A stretch of DNA of 64,000 nt from Candidatus Heimdallarchaeota archaeon (GTDB lineage: Archaea > Asgardarchaeota > Heimdallarchaeia > Heimdallarchaeales > Heimdallarchaeaceae), in contig JAHLWR010000013.1 of the NCBI GenBank assembly GCA_019057815.1, positions 32,001 to 96,000 on the forward strand. Direction: 5' to 3'. Below are positions 35,301 through 44,400 of the stretch, piece after piece. Position numbers and translations under genes: made by a program. The notes below the pieces were generated by a model. The model searched no databases and was not told the origin of the DNA. It was given only the letters and a program-made list of their open reading frames with translations. The stretch's first letter is position 1. Each line of letters begins with the position of its first letter.

Positions 35301-35404
35301 TTTGAAAACGCAACCAAAAAAATTAACACTGCTGCTAACGTTACTGTTACTAATCTTTTTGCTTTATAATTATAAGTGTCCATAATATTTTCCTTTCTTT
35401 TCAT
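17372..35404 (-). CDS. Giant 6010-aa membrane protein (signal peptide, ~4000-aa beta-rich ectodomain, hydrophobic core, ~1900-aa charged C-terminal region)
   Basis: Uninterrupted 18-kb ORF with an N-terminal hydrophobic helix, repeated LamG/ConA-like beta-sandwich-style segments, and TM-like helices at about 23140-23340. Confidence 0.85.
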   Translation of the reverse strand: MKRKENIMDTYNYKAKRLVTVTLAAVLIFLVAFSNVSGILITTPNTFDNGYYFVKDSYFHESILGWKGDNLETWYDNLHIPDNGYATKVVDISSWNGESELLLTVETPTNGADPIDKLIISDTNTSKIFFTKESFTHLRGARIDYYIFKNTQYLTIKIIDNDENGYNLNIKEVSIYTPQFHKYDLLTNDKAFNEDLYPSAKDYICENGIVTAEGIEHNARIFNVPSVAPYGKRYFDFHMVIPSVYKPTLNYLFSSLLNAPYVYYDIEMTIYDADNPYKNIKIVDEFEYLNYYPTMDTIDLSWWAGHYIRLELAITWYNNTAGIDTGLILNYLYIDETINDYRYSPGEIINAEEYSKSLYDTKITTLADVTSDQSGIRVVNNRVLLVDNNKDGGYISYLLENSIPIYDIDFTDCDLDNWVYDENYTQCTSEEGLMLNTTHTDFKTKAYLPLEMNDSYRLSTSFIFVQNDPTTESIFSILFNYDNIFDSGYALQFIKDPTTEDKIRLVRLYPSGYTSIYERKETILLNEEYNVEIIYDNGGITVYISNSEYISIHDEYFGIRYVGFMGYNSIVKTTTLIVESREPNAADRLHVRAMNQGPEDVTLAFYIDDIDRYGIARTLVAKAVIEHGKGFERVICPINPETIRFTSILSIEIVETFNWPIYIDELGFAGATPFGQSRPAWDYYRRGTASYIDNDMLVYNGDEPSGYESPYDYTDSTNEIFYPKLDVQTEQWQSLWQTRIISDIFTAERFGDENLTQVEYNELDGTLQEIKLIENMGTEQYGMVLNKEVNIAGDITFQIHVDFTTISAEDFVQIELTNNFNEPFLVVGRKFDTYYILIDGHEEQIALADGNSHYFTIKKESTTVTFQVDSTTVFTITKDTPALLQQIKNINIRAGTYDIFRVILGSASCEFKAGYTTLRHRLISETFNTLDAWNVTANANNVVDLSNNVLATQFADDVLKRKDLFWISESGAGYHGTYLSHEQQLDSNIIIDFIAIILGSEDPTSIGIQQISFGNTDEKITIIFRDLSDTDNATEFLIVINEDTLYTETITTSIFKKIRITKNENEIQITDLDRSTTILEHTFSTNFLIDTIAISQEIFYDHYYPNYYLDTLFVDSYYYSAGYNALESAVNTVLEENMYNSYIAGNWLTSYDGCDVSDIGITNENNYMKITPLNTLTQNIAITFSRNVSSDYDFMIDFRVNIESIDKIGSLTISLNNMNSYLHLEFTGSSIIISLHSTSGTDIITIQKTVLQYSSLRLIQEGNTLTFYSNINSVDILVPHLSLNIEPYRIENIDIITTFDFASPEPLLMMLGDITLKDALVTQYDAPWESEYVILNDHFSDLSNWEIKGINYYTSQTILQNATYLTTNFERPFQDGTDWYGNVYAYDYTFETDFYLDTRLTYLLDKNYGIISIILEDHLQYLDLFELRFTGEEQGHVTISLFINRVLVDSFSHSNDINNNVFRIMREGNTLSVLSDITGTNQLETIFTYTNEIEQLYIDRIKIKELSLGNNTVTNTMGINAIYVCTKSLPIDNPHPFNAITSFVAPDYSTDFATIDDFATYAYGNVATNEIPYVLNEGLKTLFDFSQFTYVPKGRTFWKDMVLVDDFLMTAHINTTISYNCIGYLTFEFLDNAYNIAFKVEIITTDVLTINVYIGEYLVIQYVDDSIIDADIWFRFGRKDSELLLGLYRGDYYIPIAPLIVLSNEIPVSHNSDVFALRITQSAIYTNEIFPNIISLKYLDLGSSSSYDNSSIITRETPEDLNFIASYDMFLKNETRLYLTALANYYVGENVTERLTFHIFLLEIDGIFNLDDAQYVGSIIFLDNDFDFHSHSLVIIGYEGLYEVIIMIDRRIPIQLLSLQATDITSHSEAEEDYEYSTSDFGWAEDFDKYSTTKRWVENVFTKEYYFSMYVFDDKRVIAFNTNVSFENGILRVNHTSYDEGRLYINFNPVNVTEYPFVAIDIMTDDIEENNSISLGVNNQYYDITPFTNRIQGFVTIHKNMYEILYPNNDQSVGQLVISFDKPTTFTIRKIEVYKIAKYNYLHTEESNENSYADIGYANNIDTAIVFLIGSAITPTREQQELNAVSFFKAKYPDVPIYYYYSEDANFPNWMKNTLRTSSKKYILVVFDELPTKLLEKYYYYDDYGRPFEKYLLQEWIERGNNLFWAGSEPFGKGIDDQGIVNPIDGDIVRKYLGEVINNTVVPDVIPTDIETNITTEGEMVGLQPYNPSWLVNYTAMPRYGGKLLAYYHNEEGVEYNITIHQGLELTNPLMFNNYWISGFVDSPISFINTIDSSVLLQIFMQFYLEPPSFDNVFGALLLHGPITLQKTFSFSKEYEQISLSASNYINVIIDNETIDFNIYDEKCLADYGVNNSINGFILQLNETFTAIYGISFIEKNTDMQREVYYFDSPEENIDTYLQMIEGGFSYSDAYNMLRGAGAAFLDTHPYENTIFELEMSVQPSTWIEGDIRTDVAGMMLELPTENIANSFYDGLFIGFKVVEDIDYTYPLYLVIMQYQGASDTYSLLFEQKIVNLGNSIDPGPNSVDNMNLQPLKLTIVKTITPSGQVRYDIYAKCYRVFGISEWDEVRAMQQANDGEYGMATRWFATSTSVTVQGYQASNIGFYSNRTNFFYNSLVIYPTSPEQTGDYISLDSGHTYMSIDGLWVDGQISTNYIDMKDVNYLVTLSNLFQNVWDTQTTRRVYIGVMNDLGHTCALAWDLGGFGYDILGEFAHVYFDDQASKNDEIFKIRIEIKENSDVVFSIYSEDDMGQSIVEEIFYHNNFMKPHLNGGTKVKLFIQTENTMVYIEEIRNGKFYTSPLTYSHGRGLQGAGEISYWLKGETEYSLKMFNSSISNSFIMGNYTESLGTFTTTFIANDTTNAVFTTTHNDNELFNIEIRDNILYFDNQSLDYQIYSGHIYTLTFNFNSSYQVLFIDDGTKEEKWEYDGTTINIDIGYTYHVSMSTTTGTLYLLEVSIGVINSDFSYKDLEGWSYNVDDNGLFTFSEDYFARKGILQLIVNPLYGPVNISVYGDDDQFLGYRCIDYNAFTTNHPVIIILDDFSIVGLHKYTLHFDNIVEFDKIALGKVKTITNFLYTSPSNPDILPSDAKYSVDLIDIPSVESVDVTLVNSLEFYYKIAEGDVLTVTLPLQASYMEDYNYYEKNLNLEIILANLYFTSTNFDPYDLNDTNYSGYHHIEYAVPIKDDNDWHYFSLNFMNLIAYISATQVGTEQSLNLLDVTNPYDYISNFYSVVKVKDFYVDGTHYTLSCSAGSSELKGFNLYAILPTINPSENTPSALLNTDSTWQPILSDDLGYINLKERLNLTFADVFAFDMTFTVLTEKESIGTLIINTNVEFSIDNPVSYQFSYDVANKYEEKEIKIPLNNLYGGYHTFIFRIHHTTFNDSSFNDYQPFFKVNIVLDKSFTLLKDSMKTVLDSNNFTFIPEWTVSNPDIYIDKTGEYFRNGDIDIPEWNGEYIPIYSNYSMSYFLTEWFEKAVPLAGDVIFNNITYNDMALGYSSITDYGTIEELGQIDSGFYSNDTQIVVSTTIRHLTEITPDLQYILHSNLNLSSFLAIYIDGFLIRQPNDFNASSFRNELLLADANGNFQFTMKPYDLTNTYNGDDISTTWHTAGFHTFVFVLNDLNAYNSLNFTLSIEGINEFISLVAQPTDYHIDLMDKLGQRRIFLALDEYTGGTNTFTYAPVDIARRSYSSKKYLMSYFYCDGLAIHTVKIVWIGVADYDETDGIGYAVFGYIYDQNTAHEYHEIQIQKVELQEMVPCSTTTQSNYQSINNLEVKNLQTQDLENIKLYTATTSGDTSINHDLLAVQENSYTMEITSVGTTLELNDVINIEYWNLFDEHYNTGPIDYLVLNITDNNVEGFNTTQFRITLQDRVITINLLTKELHVLYNGMYIAHFLNSLSVEFNNHYDGNFIFTSQVLLKLFSYDYVVPDERTVTPQSLLYAQQTLEDYLLNYDWEGAFLQFVKSSWNNFINYLRYNFYCPLKQFIDVLKSGELLDRWIENADEHFHIYAILGSIMLLTGGLMLYGNIQGRFLTFIVKKTFIIAGIMLVGMVILDMTGGPNWIASGLSAMFNTLKAKIVEFFSNPGKYILQFFRNVLVSAKVVFSKTKDFLISWGNRIKTSFINFWQKITAIFNLLKSFLTGELSFNDFMRTLGSLLKGDFTDWAEKKYYYLLRFILLLEWVFHIGGCTGIVSKEEYPYVQSNADMLLHLNYRAHNRENYNFGGENLFMVYLKTIANEIAKSEGVAIGGNEAAQVKYIAEVLRKTGFSVVISDSLGANISTVYVPNTKKLGVTNPNDVRNPDSLNQSADIVIYKVIGAEDEISYEMFFGMSDNFVIPGINLGTGLKESTFMTIMEMFLARFSITALWQDVRDAIFDPNNFFRGLAISQIPGDILMVLSDIDEPSHQAQDLLSKKIKNTKEWEFWKKEAVGKNIDFDNPSSWSQSDRMLLEYIEKLSPQNALSSLELGNTFKFGTRELLEFGTKLVGSFLQWGIFWPQTIYTTLLGTVMGLKEQLMWSAMSLLLKAKGMSSQRIVLITQKTQGTSSYKFLQAFAHNYWFHSMMEWMYDLGPAADILNDLAYYGGAESLEDLDHYEPPVTQSLVQKLLLTTNGRQPTLDEFRFDEDNRNRIAQELELKAKMEMLQLRPHFHNLITEQDGIDLLNKVKSGEITNLSDEDVRIIRDYFEITVDDLLKPAKAVNRFATNFIKFLDGENNAEKLTKLMKLEKVNGDTFLKIQMGSEEINLKIDPDTIQESGFYQTLLLINAQDNIKKILAKATIGVALNDDGSINKKICGDELEELIAISEGIKDTAIYQLLEEFIKMEKEIDNDAVFADGNSIGNEQYQLLFEHSMLDFGMYILTQIRNYLIGHKALAETQQLTLDLIGALFIMNCPQAKENYKARMTSQIRNIIKQGQRKVIAGIGNPFLSLELNPVTGEVTDVKNNLIGESKINTENILNKLFKSQSETRLSPTGADATSEGKTYFFIIKENEGVFSYKCLQVDSLIVHEYKVRQDHLRFNKKATNIVTTDRMTEEARKVFEELGVMDKIDSVDYVPTFDIPLGGTAGIRRIVESFQKTFGIYPDSTKSFTVDEFKRKIEEKSDELNINLGLLLKKWVLKQSIIALFQKEPSVQVDENGFIVFKLDDGTEVVYSIKSEKDSLSYFNHKQVAEQMKHTAEIEIFEGIKIVKGDGTIEYKKTITFTDTGTGEEVADTIKLSAYTGMFSSSVAKSNIVDLHYPNNKEIWLSSSIFHAQFNKDGVKYNRYYIIKKDGTTLVANTFTDLKDKIKNEYKNEEDLLTNPPIASVFYEKSNGNFKDTNEGNIIKTLAVGLEDKLLNGETTEPLGDVCLNFELEIFNTALLPKSNPNYSPHISNYLEILTSMTKIDDFRTYMDICNSKYESIRDDIKTMENSEQKYKMLMGAIERTVINPSIELLESDMLTKPMEKQYSQAYSDQSNTLNRFKDTTNVRIVGSAIHSAVQIIKNMVLYYKNIRQEKVSYVFSIQNTIQNSNGRGFVVEVTFRASPQGDYKYDLTNVITAINKLSFKDSIGESADGTTIIYINDILKYQSNSLIDQSKIEAINKLIQQNLDVGKDVIKEDGTIKNLTPKQDATKFLAVRFTEDSEGNKALYLSLSSLINALETLIGKRNSIEYRVDLQNLWNKNLQIKYGLELVNLKSPDGGRILLQSMPELKEALIEGCMYINKINYQRANNRINKIISINDLVDVLKIVFQQSRTVRINSLTYITRSIVAENDRSQGLNDILTVIMKFALELFEIMTDYGQIKPVDYTKYKFERFIFTLPSSIANYRKIWDKLHTEWMINTRNKKSKNQEVNVITEAFIENYITKMKNEGEIVDGSIEEIVLSVIKDIIENRKAMPVPLTVKKDENGNLISIKEEEKIFRELYDIISTQVEIDRIYTLDHVDYVKLYAKYSLITAYKTIMEIGGLTTRLELRQSVRNFINNLMKEVREGYYNTDIDFARMFAACINFRKVIRDYI

Positions 35405-38400
35405 TTAATTTTCACCTTCTCTAAAAATCGCAGGACTTTTTTTCCTACCTTTCGTCTAAAAATAATCAACGGAATGGCGATAATACTTGTTAAAGAGGAC
35501 ATAATTATTAATGTGTAATTGGTCTGTGTTAAGTGGTCATGGTTTAATTGAGTCGCCGTTATATTAGGATAAAGAGTTATTTTTTCTGATTGTAAATGAT
35601 ACCTGCTGATACTATCTATGTATGTTTCAATATACATCTCGATTTCTTCTACGGTCTGTAACGAAAGCGAGATATCGTTTTTCTTGAAGAAACTGATAGA
35701 TTGCCAAACCTTATCATTTTGATATTTGTAAAGGATTTTTGTTTCCAACACTTTACCTTGTGTCGTGATATTTATACGTGTCAGATTATTTTCTGTATTG
35801 TACGATATTATAGGTTGTAGAGGGCTGATAGTGTCTGTAATATTTAAATCATTGAAACCATAATGATAATCTTTAACAAAACTTTTTGTGAAACCAAAAT
35901 AACTATGCCACAACATATCTATGTTATAAGTTTCTGTTACAAGTTTATCTAATGAAATTATAGCTTGCCAAAACACTTTTCCGGCATTATTAGTATATCT
36001 CATAGGATAATAATATTCTGTACCTTGATCTTGTAATGTTAGTGTTATTGTACCGTAACCACTTACATCATGTAATGTCAAAGCATATTGTAAAAGATTA
36101 TGATCGTTTTTCAACTCTTGAATAGTATAAGGGATATTCAATGGGCTACTATCTTGTGTATGAGTACCTTCTTCCATAACCATTGAACAACTTACTAATG
36201 GGTCGAAAGGTCCACCACCAGGGTCATATGGTGTTACCCAATAATCATACCAATCAGTAGTTATGGCATTGCTTATTATAGGATCATAAACGATAAATCT
36301 GTAATTAACAGTAGCATGAAGATTTTCGGGTAATTCTTGTCTCCAAGTAGACCAACTGTCATAATATCTACTACCACTAAAATAATTCATCCAGAGGGAT
36401 ATAGGGGAAGTTGGTGAACCCTGCAAAAAAGTGTAATATTGTACTTTAACTTGGTAAATATACCAATTATCTGAAACTTTTACTTGTAGTAGTTGTCCAG
36501 CATCATAAGGTACTGGATCTCCATACATTTCTGTAACTTCATGGAAAACAGGGGATTCTGTATCTGTCCATTGAAGGGCAAATGCATCAGTCTCATACGT
36601 ATCTCCACCTGCTATTGTAGCTGTACATATCGAGTAGCGGTAGGTTTCAGGCAAATATCCCCCACTATAAGATAAACTATATTGTATATGCCACAAAGTC
36701 GTAGAATCAGATATTGAATTGGAGGTATATATAGAAGCCACATCTATCCATGTAGTACCACCATCATATGAGTATTGTAAGAAAACATAGTGTGGCCATG
36801 GTTCTGTCGCATAGTCCCAATCTCCCCAAATATTGTATGGTGGAGAATATAGTGTATAATAAAGGTCAAATATATTAGTAGTTGTAGGGTCTATATTCTG
36901 AGGTCCAAATGTAGATAAGCCCATGTCAATGTTAGATTCACCAAACTCAGTTTCCGCTAAAGTAATAACACTATATGAGAATTCATTATAGTAAACATCA
37001 TGATCACGAGTGTATTTTATTTTAATATAATCGACTATTGCTCCTGCCCAAGCACCAGAACGAACATCAACAATGCCTTTATCTGTTGATCCTATTGGAA
37101 GACCGTACATTACCCTCATTGCAGCTGTAAAATGAAAAGTAAATTTAACAGTATTATCATCTATTTCTTCACCGGCATAAGAGGAAATGGATCTGTAATT
37201 AGCATCTATATCATATAGTGAAAACCAAAAACTTATCTGACAAAAGATAATTGAATCCCATGGACTGTCAGCATCATAAATATAAACATAGAACGTTAAT
37301 GAATCAGATTCGTCTGTGAATTGTAAATCTGTGTCAAGAAGAAGATTGGTAGAAGGATGAGTACTCTCATACAGTCCTATACAAACAGGTGGTGTTGAAT
37401 CACCCAAGATAAAGCTTTCATCGGAAGCACCTGTATCACCATCTGCAGTAACACTAATAGTGATAATTATTTCTTGTCCCTCAAGACAGTTAAAGATGAA
37501 ATCATTTATAACAAAGTTGAAAGAATAAGATTTACTGTTTAAACCCAAACTATTTTTAGAAAAGGTGAATCTGCTATCTGTTATTGGATTAGTTCTGGAT
37601 GCGCCTTTATCTACATTATAGATTGTTATAGAAACATATGCATCGCCAAATGCTGAAGCTTCAAAAACTCTGAACAGAACAGTTGTTGTACCTGATGGTG
37701 TAGGGTGATTTGGATATGAAGGAGTAATTAATATAGCGTCTATTAAAGGAGCAACATCGTCATTGAAGTGTATTGTAGGCCATGCAGGAATGCCAGAATA
37801 TATATTTATCCAATCACAATCTATCCCCAGTGAATTATCAACATATTTTATATCGATATGATATTCAATATCGCATAATGTTGAAGGTCTATCCCAAACA
37901 ATATCTGTTGGAAACTTTAACTGAATATAATAATCGCGTCCTTCATAAGTTGGCAAGCCCTGATAATTCGTACGTGTTACTGATACATCAAGAACTGTCG
38001 TACCAATTTCAAAATCGTAACCTGTGGTAGGATCCCCTGTCCAATAGTAATGACCAATAATAAACAATGTATTATCGGTAGAACCATCCCAAGTTGTCTT
38101 GATTGTAGGATTTATCTCTCCTACATCTATTACATATCTTAAAGTTAATTGAGCATAACTAGTACTGCTTAGTGCTATGCTAGTATCAGTTATTGTATGT
38201 TTCACAGAGACAGGATTAGTATCAATTACATCATTGATATCCAACTCCAACATATTGGCCGTATTTATAGGTTCATAACTCATTTGATTTGCATAACCAC
38301 CTACCAAACCATACCACGCATAATTTACTCTGTCAAATACCTCAAAATAATATTTGGAATTATAACTCCCTATTTCATCACAATAAAGCCTAGTAAGATA

Positions 38401-41400
38401 TTTATGACAATATGTATCTTGATAAAAATACGTACTAGTATATGATAATTCATGTGAAACAATATCTCCTGACTGCAAGTTTAATATCTTTAAAGTAACC
38501 GTTAGCCTCGAAGATGCACCTTGCTCAGGTACATCTCTTACACTTATTGCAAAGTATTCATATGGTCTATATATAACGTGTGGGTTCCAGTCAAATGATG
38601 TTGGTAAATATGATATTTGTTCACCTGTATGAAATAACATAAATATTGGTGTCCACGCGTCTAGAACCCTAAAGAAAGTACTGTGTACCCCGTCACTTGT
38701 AAATGTGAAACCATTCTCTAGTCCTGCATTACTTACCTTCCCATTATCGTAACTATCTACTAAAACAACTGTTACAGTAACAATTTTATCATAATCATCA
38801 TACTCAAAAATTCCGTATAAGTCTTCTGCACTTACCTCTATATATCCCCTAACATGCATTTTTTTAGGAACTGTTTCGAAAGTTAGTGATTCTATCGTTA
38901 AATACCCATAATAGTCTACTGTAATTGATGTAATATCTTGAACTAAATTGAATTTTACATAACACCAATAATTATTATCTGTATTATCATCAGGATTATT
39001 ATTTGGATCGGGTGTATAATCAGCGAATAAAATGTAATCTAGTTCTGCGGTATATGACGTATCATATTCCACGTAGAGTTTTTGTGTCCAATCAATATCT
39101 GTTATATCCTCATAGTTGACATCAACAAGAGTAATTTCCGGATGGTTAACCCCATCTCCCTTATAGGTAACTACTAAAAATGAGTTATCGATAGAGGTAA
39201 TTTCAGTCTCAAAGGTATTCCACCAAAATGTGGTTTCCCAAGTATATTGTATTTTTAGATAAATAACAACTTTTCCTGTATATATTATATCGTTAGTCGA
39301 AAAAGACTCAATTGTTACCATTCCATCATTTGGTGTACAAGTATAACTTTCAAGCCAGTTATCACTATTGTAATCAATATCATCATCGTCTATACCTTGA
39401 GGATTATCATTTAAATTATCACCATTCTCAAAATATCTGTAATAAATATCAATATTAATATCGTATAAAACGTTTGATAGAGTAACTAGACCCTCTATTG
39501 TATCCCCAGGCGCAAAAATACTAACCGCCCCTTCTATTGCTACTCCCCCACTTATCACATCGTAATTGACAATATCATGTACTAAATAAAAAATGTCTGT
39601 TTCAATTATTTGTTCCCATATTGAATCTTTTAGGATATATATTTTAAATTTAAACTGTACGATACTTGGATCTATACCCTCTAAATAATGTGCCCAATCT
39701 ATTTGCCATTTTAACAAAAATTCTCCATAAATTGGTGGGTCTATCTTGCTGATTGATAGATAAGTATTTAGTTCAGCAAATACTATTACAGTGCCGTCTA
39801 ACTCACAAAGTTCAATCTTAAATTCTTCACTTGTCAAATCTGATCCGTCAAAAAGTGTTACTTTTAAGACATTTGTTTCTCCACCTATGATAACGCGTCC
39901 ATCATGGTCAGGATTTCCATCTGTTCTTATTGTAGTACCTTCTTCATCATATGTGTTATAGGGACCATGTATTGGGTCATATAAGTCATAAACATATATT
40001 GAATATTCCTCTGTTTCTTTGTTTAATTGTTTATCTTCAATTTCTACTTTAAAGAATAGTTGTAGTCTTTTATCAGTGGGGTGAGCATATTGGTTATAAA
40101 TAGCTTCTGTAAGTCCAATACCCGCAGCATCATCAAGATCGATATATATTGTTTCAATACATGACGTAGATGTCTCATGTTCGAGGTCTATTGTTTCCAA
40201 ATGAAGGTAAGAAAGGCTTCCATATTTATAATAAATTTTTATATTTGCAGCACCATAAAGATAACTTTCTTCGTCTGTTATTGTTATATCCATGCGAAAA
40301 CACGCTTTATATCCTAAAGTATCATCCATTATAGTCGATATCCATTCAATATCACTACTTGTATATAGGTATCGTACTGAGGATTGAGGAGCATATCTAT
40401 CATCGATATCAAAGCGAAATTCTGTTTCTGTCCCAAATCCTGTTATTTCTACAAAGTTGTTTGTAAAATCTTCAACATGAATCTTATAATAAATAAAGTC
40501 ATCAAGTGGTACATCTTTAACAAATGAGCGAATTGTTTCCCAATTTAAGGTGTATGTAATTGTATATGTGTTACCATCAACAACTATTGTCGTTACTGTC
40601 CCATATATTGCCCAACTACCACTTACACCTATTTTGAAATAAACATATACATCATCGTTTTCTATAAATGTTTCGTATTCTATAGCGCTTATTGTAATAA
40701 CAAAGTCATACCAACCAGAGCTATCTTGAATATTATCATAAGGTGTGTGAGAGACACTTGTTATTGTTGGTGGAGTAGCGTCTGATATGGTAAATGTATG
40801 TGGTGTTGTTGCATCTCCTTCATAATCATCTAAACCATTATGCAAAACGTAGAAATAAAAATCATATGCCCCATCTGCTAATCCCACGCTACTTATATCT
40901 TCACCATATTTTACAACTTCTGTGCTAATTATTTCTTGATAGCCTAATGCCAACTCTATCCAAACACTGTCTAATCCATGTTTATAGCGGACTACTACTG
41001 TATCTAAAGAGTTTAAGTTATTAATGTCATTTTCTAGGACTTTACACCAAAAAGATATTGTGTCACCAGAGTTAAAGATATGACTTTGACTAGGCTGAAA
41101 GTCAGTGATACTTGGATCAGTAATGTCTTGTACTATCCATGATGAGGGAAGAGGAGGAGTTTCCTCTATTTCTATTACATTTGCTGTTTCTGCGTCATCT
41201 TCAATTGTTATTTTAGTAATCGTAATCGTATCAGAAGGAACGAAATACATTTCAGAAATGTAAAATGTTGCTTTATATCCTTCTTCTGGTACCGTAACAT
41301 AGGTGAAGCTTGTTACAGTTATTGGTGTCTTTGGGTTGTCGTTAATTTTATAATCTAATATTATCTTGCTAATGCCATTGTTGTCGTTTGCTATAACATC

Positions 41401-44400
41401 AATTACTAGGGGTGATTTGTCATAAACATTACTGATATCTGATATACTGACAAACCAAGGTGATGTATTATCGAAAACAACAAATGTCCCACCTTCAACA
41501 GTGGTTATTTTAATAGGGTTACTTCCGTCGATAGCTTCAATATAATAAATATATGTCCCTTTTTCCAACTCTAAAGAAAGATCACATTCTCCTGTTTCAG
41601 CATTATAATTCATTGTGTAAGAGATGTTCACATCGTTTATTGTAATAATTAAATTCACTTCGTAAATATACCCATCATCTGTTACTGTTGCTAAAAATAG
41701 GATAGGAACGTTATCATATAGGGGGTCGCCAGAGCGACTATAATCGTGTATTATTGGGTTTGCAAGATCATCTATTGTATCAGTATACTCTTTTATAATA
41801 TTATTACCGTGACCATCATCATAATCTACAGATAACCAAAAACTGTCTAAAGCTGGCATTTCTGGTAAGTCTACATAATATTGTTCTTTAATGCCATCAT
41901 AGTATGTAATCAAATCTTGTGTTGTTATTGTAGTACTACTAAACGTAGCTGTGACTGTAATTATACTTATATCATATATTATAGGTAAATATACTTGAAT
42001 AGTTGTTTGGGGATTCAAATCTCCGGGATCAAAATTATCATCAACAACTATAGGAACATACGTATCTTGAACTGTTTTGGTTATAAACCCAGAATCGTAA
42101 GTCGATGAATGTTCAGAACTATCATCTACAATAAGTTTGATTTTGATACCCATGTTATAGTAATCTTGACTTAATGTTTCCAAAACACTTAGCGGAACGG
42201 AATATTCAACTAATTTGTTAGATATACTATATGTTTCAATTACTTGATATGTTGTCGACGTAAAGATTAGAGTTGTTTCGTCCGGTGACCACAGTTCTAT
42301 ATGTGTTGATTCAAGATTTAACGCGGTATCATCTGTTACATTTGCTAGAATAGTATATTCTATATTTGGTAAATCGAAATAATCTTCACTGAGATTGGTT
42401 ATATATCCTGTTGGAGCATAAGTGTCTCGAACCCAAATTGTATAAATATCTCCTTGAGTGATCATACCGTTTGAATCTGTTGCTTTTATCCAAATATCTA
42501 TATTCGCTACATGTATTATATCCCAACTGGATACAGTAACTGAATAGTTATATGACTCATAAAAATCTATATCAAAAGTTGTTGTTCCCGATATTGTTTC
42601 AGATATACCATCGTGCGCATATGTTATCCAGTGGAGTGTAACACTTTGAATTACTGAATCATCAATAATTCTTGTTCGTATAGTGAGAAGATTATTATAA
42701 CCAACAACTGTCGAATCTATCGCCTCTAAAGTATCTAAAAATATTTCTGGTCCTAGCCCATCTCCAATTGCATAGGATAAGATGTTGTGCAACTGTGTTT
42801 GCTGATCAAACTGGTCTGTAACGTAAAAACTAATTACTAAAGCGTCTCCATAATTATAATTCTCAGGGATGATACAAGTGTATGTCCCATTAAAATTATC
42901 TATAAGCGTAATATATGTCTCTGCCCCATAATTGATAGTAAACCCTGCTTTAGCCTCTATAATCTCAGAGTTATCACTTATTTCTAATAAAATAATACAA
43001 TCTTCTGTTTCTAATACTGTAGTAGGTGCGTTTACTATTTGAACGCTAGGGGGTGTGATATCTCTTATTGTAAAACAATATGTACCTTCTGTTAAATGTC
43101 CTGAAGTATCATATACTGTGATTTTTATTGCAAGTAATTCACCTGTATACGAGCTTAAATCTAAAGGGTATGAAAGTGTTACTGTCCATACTTGTTGATT
43201 GTTCCCATAATCATAAAAAATTGTTTCAGTTAGCCAAGTATATTGTGTACCCACTTTTATTCCATAAATAACAGTAAACCTATCGAGTTCGTTAATATCA
43301 GCTACTGTAATATTTGTTCTAGTTATCTCACTAGTGTCTATGGGATCACAATTCACATATAATATCTGTGGTTCATGGGTGTCTGAAACTTGAAACTGTT
43401 CTTCGAATATAGCTGTGTTGTTTAAAGGTTCACCATTATATGTAGTGTTATCTGTTGCAATAATTGTAAATATCACAGTCGTTAAGTCAGTGAAATTTTG
43501 TATTACATATTCGTAATAATTCTCGTATCCAATGATAGGTATCATATTATGTGTTTGATTATATATTGTTATACCATTAATGTGTATAGCAGTAATTTGT
43601 ATTGCTACAGTATCTAAGTTATCATCTACTACTGAACAGTTTACTATCACAGAAGTTTGACTGTCTATAACAGCTGAGTTGATAGGTCCCCAATAGGTGT
43701 TTGTAATAGTTGGAGCTATTCCATCATAATATGTTATCGTAGTGTTTTCTGACGTCGCCTCGTTTCCTGACGAATCTTCAGCGAATATCCAATAGTTGCA
43801 TTCATAACGAGGGTCATGCATCTCTATTGTTCCTATATATGTGTCTGTGCTTGGTATTCTATCAAGAAATGTTCCTCTTTTTACATAATGCGTGCCATTG
43901 TAGAATGTGTAATATACAATTCGCGTACTTACTTCTGATGCATCTTCAATCGTTGCATTGATTTGTAATCTTTTTCCTGGGGTATAGGATAGGTCAGTGT
44001 CATGAACAATATTAGAAATAGCTGGTTTTATAGAATCATAAATGATAACATTATATGATTCTGTAGTTGTGGTATGATGTTCTGGTCCATTATCTTCTGC
44101 TACACAATATAAAAGTACGTTAGAGTTTTCAGGATAACCATTAAACTCATATTCCCAATAGTTATCTATCAAATATGTTGGATAATCAACATACCATGTT
44201 TGTGTTTGTGACTCCCAATAATGGATTTCTACGCTTGCTATTCCGTCATAATCGAAAGCTTCTATATACACTGTGAAAGGAGAATTTGTAGGTACTGGTG
44301 TTGGAATAATATCATATACCAGAATAAAAGGATGTAATCCGTCTGTTACATAATATTCTTCTTTTGTAGAATATGCTGTGTTATTTAGAAATGAGTTATC

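Noticed and set aside
18246-38445. Numerous 60-180 aa antisense or alternative-frame ORFs within the giant genes
   Set aside because: Fully nested in long ORFs and without recognisable motifs; expected shadow ORFs
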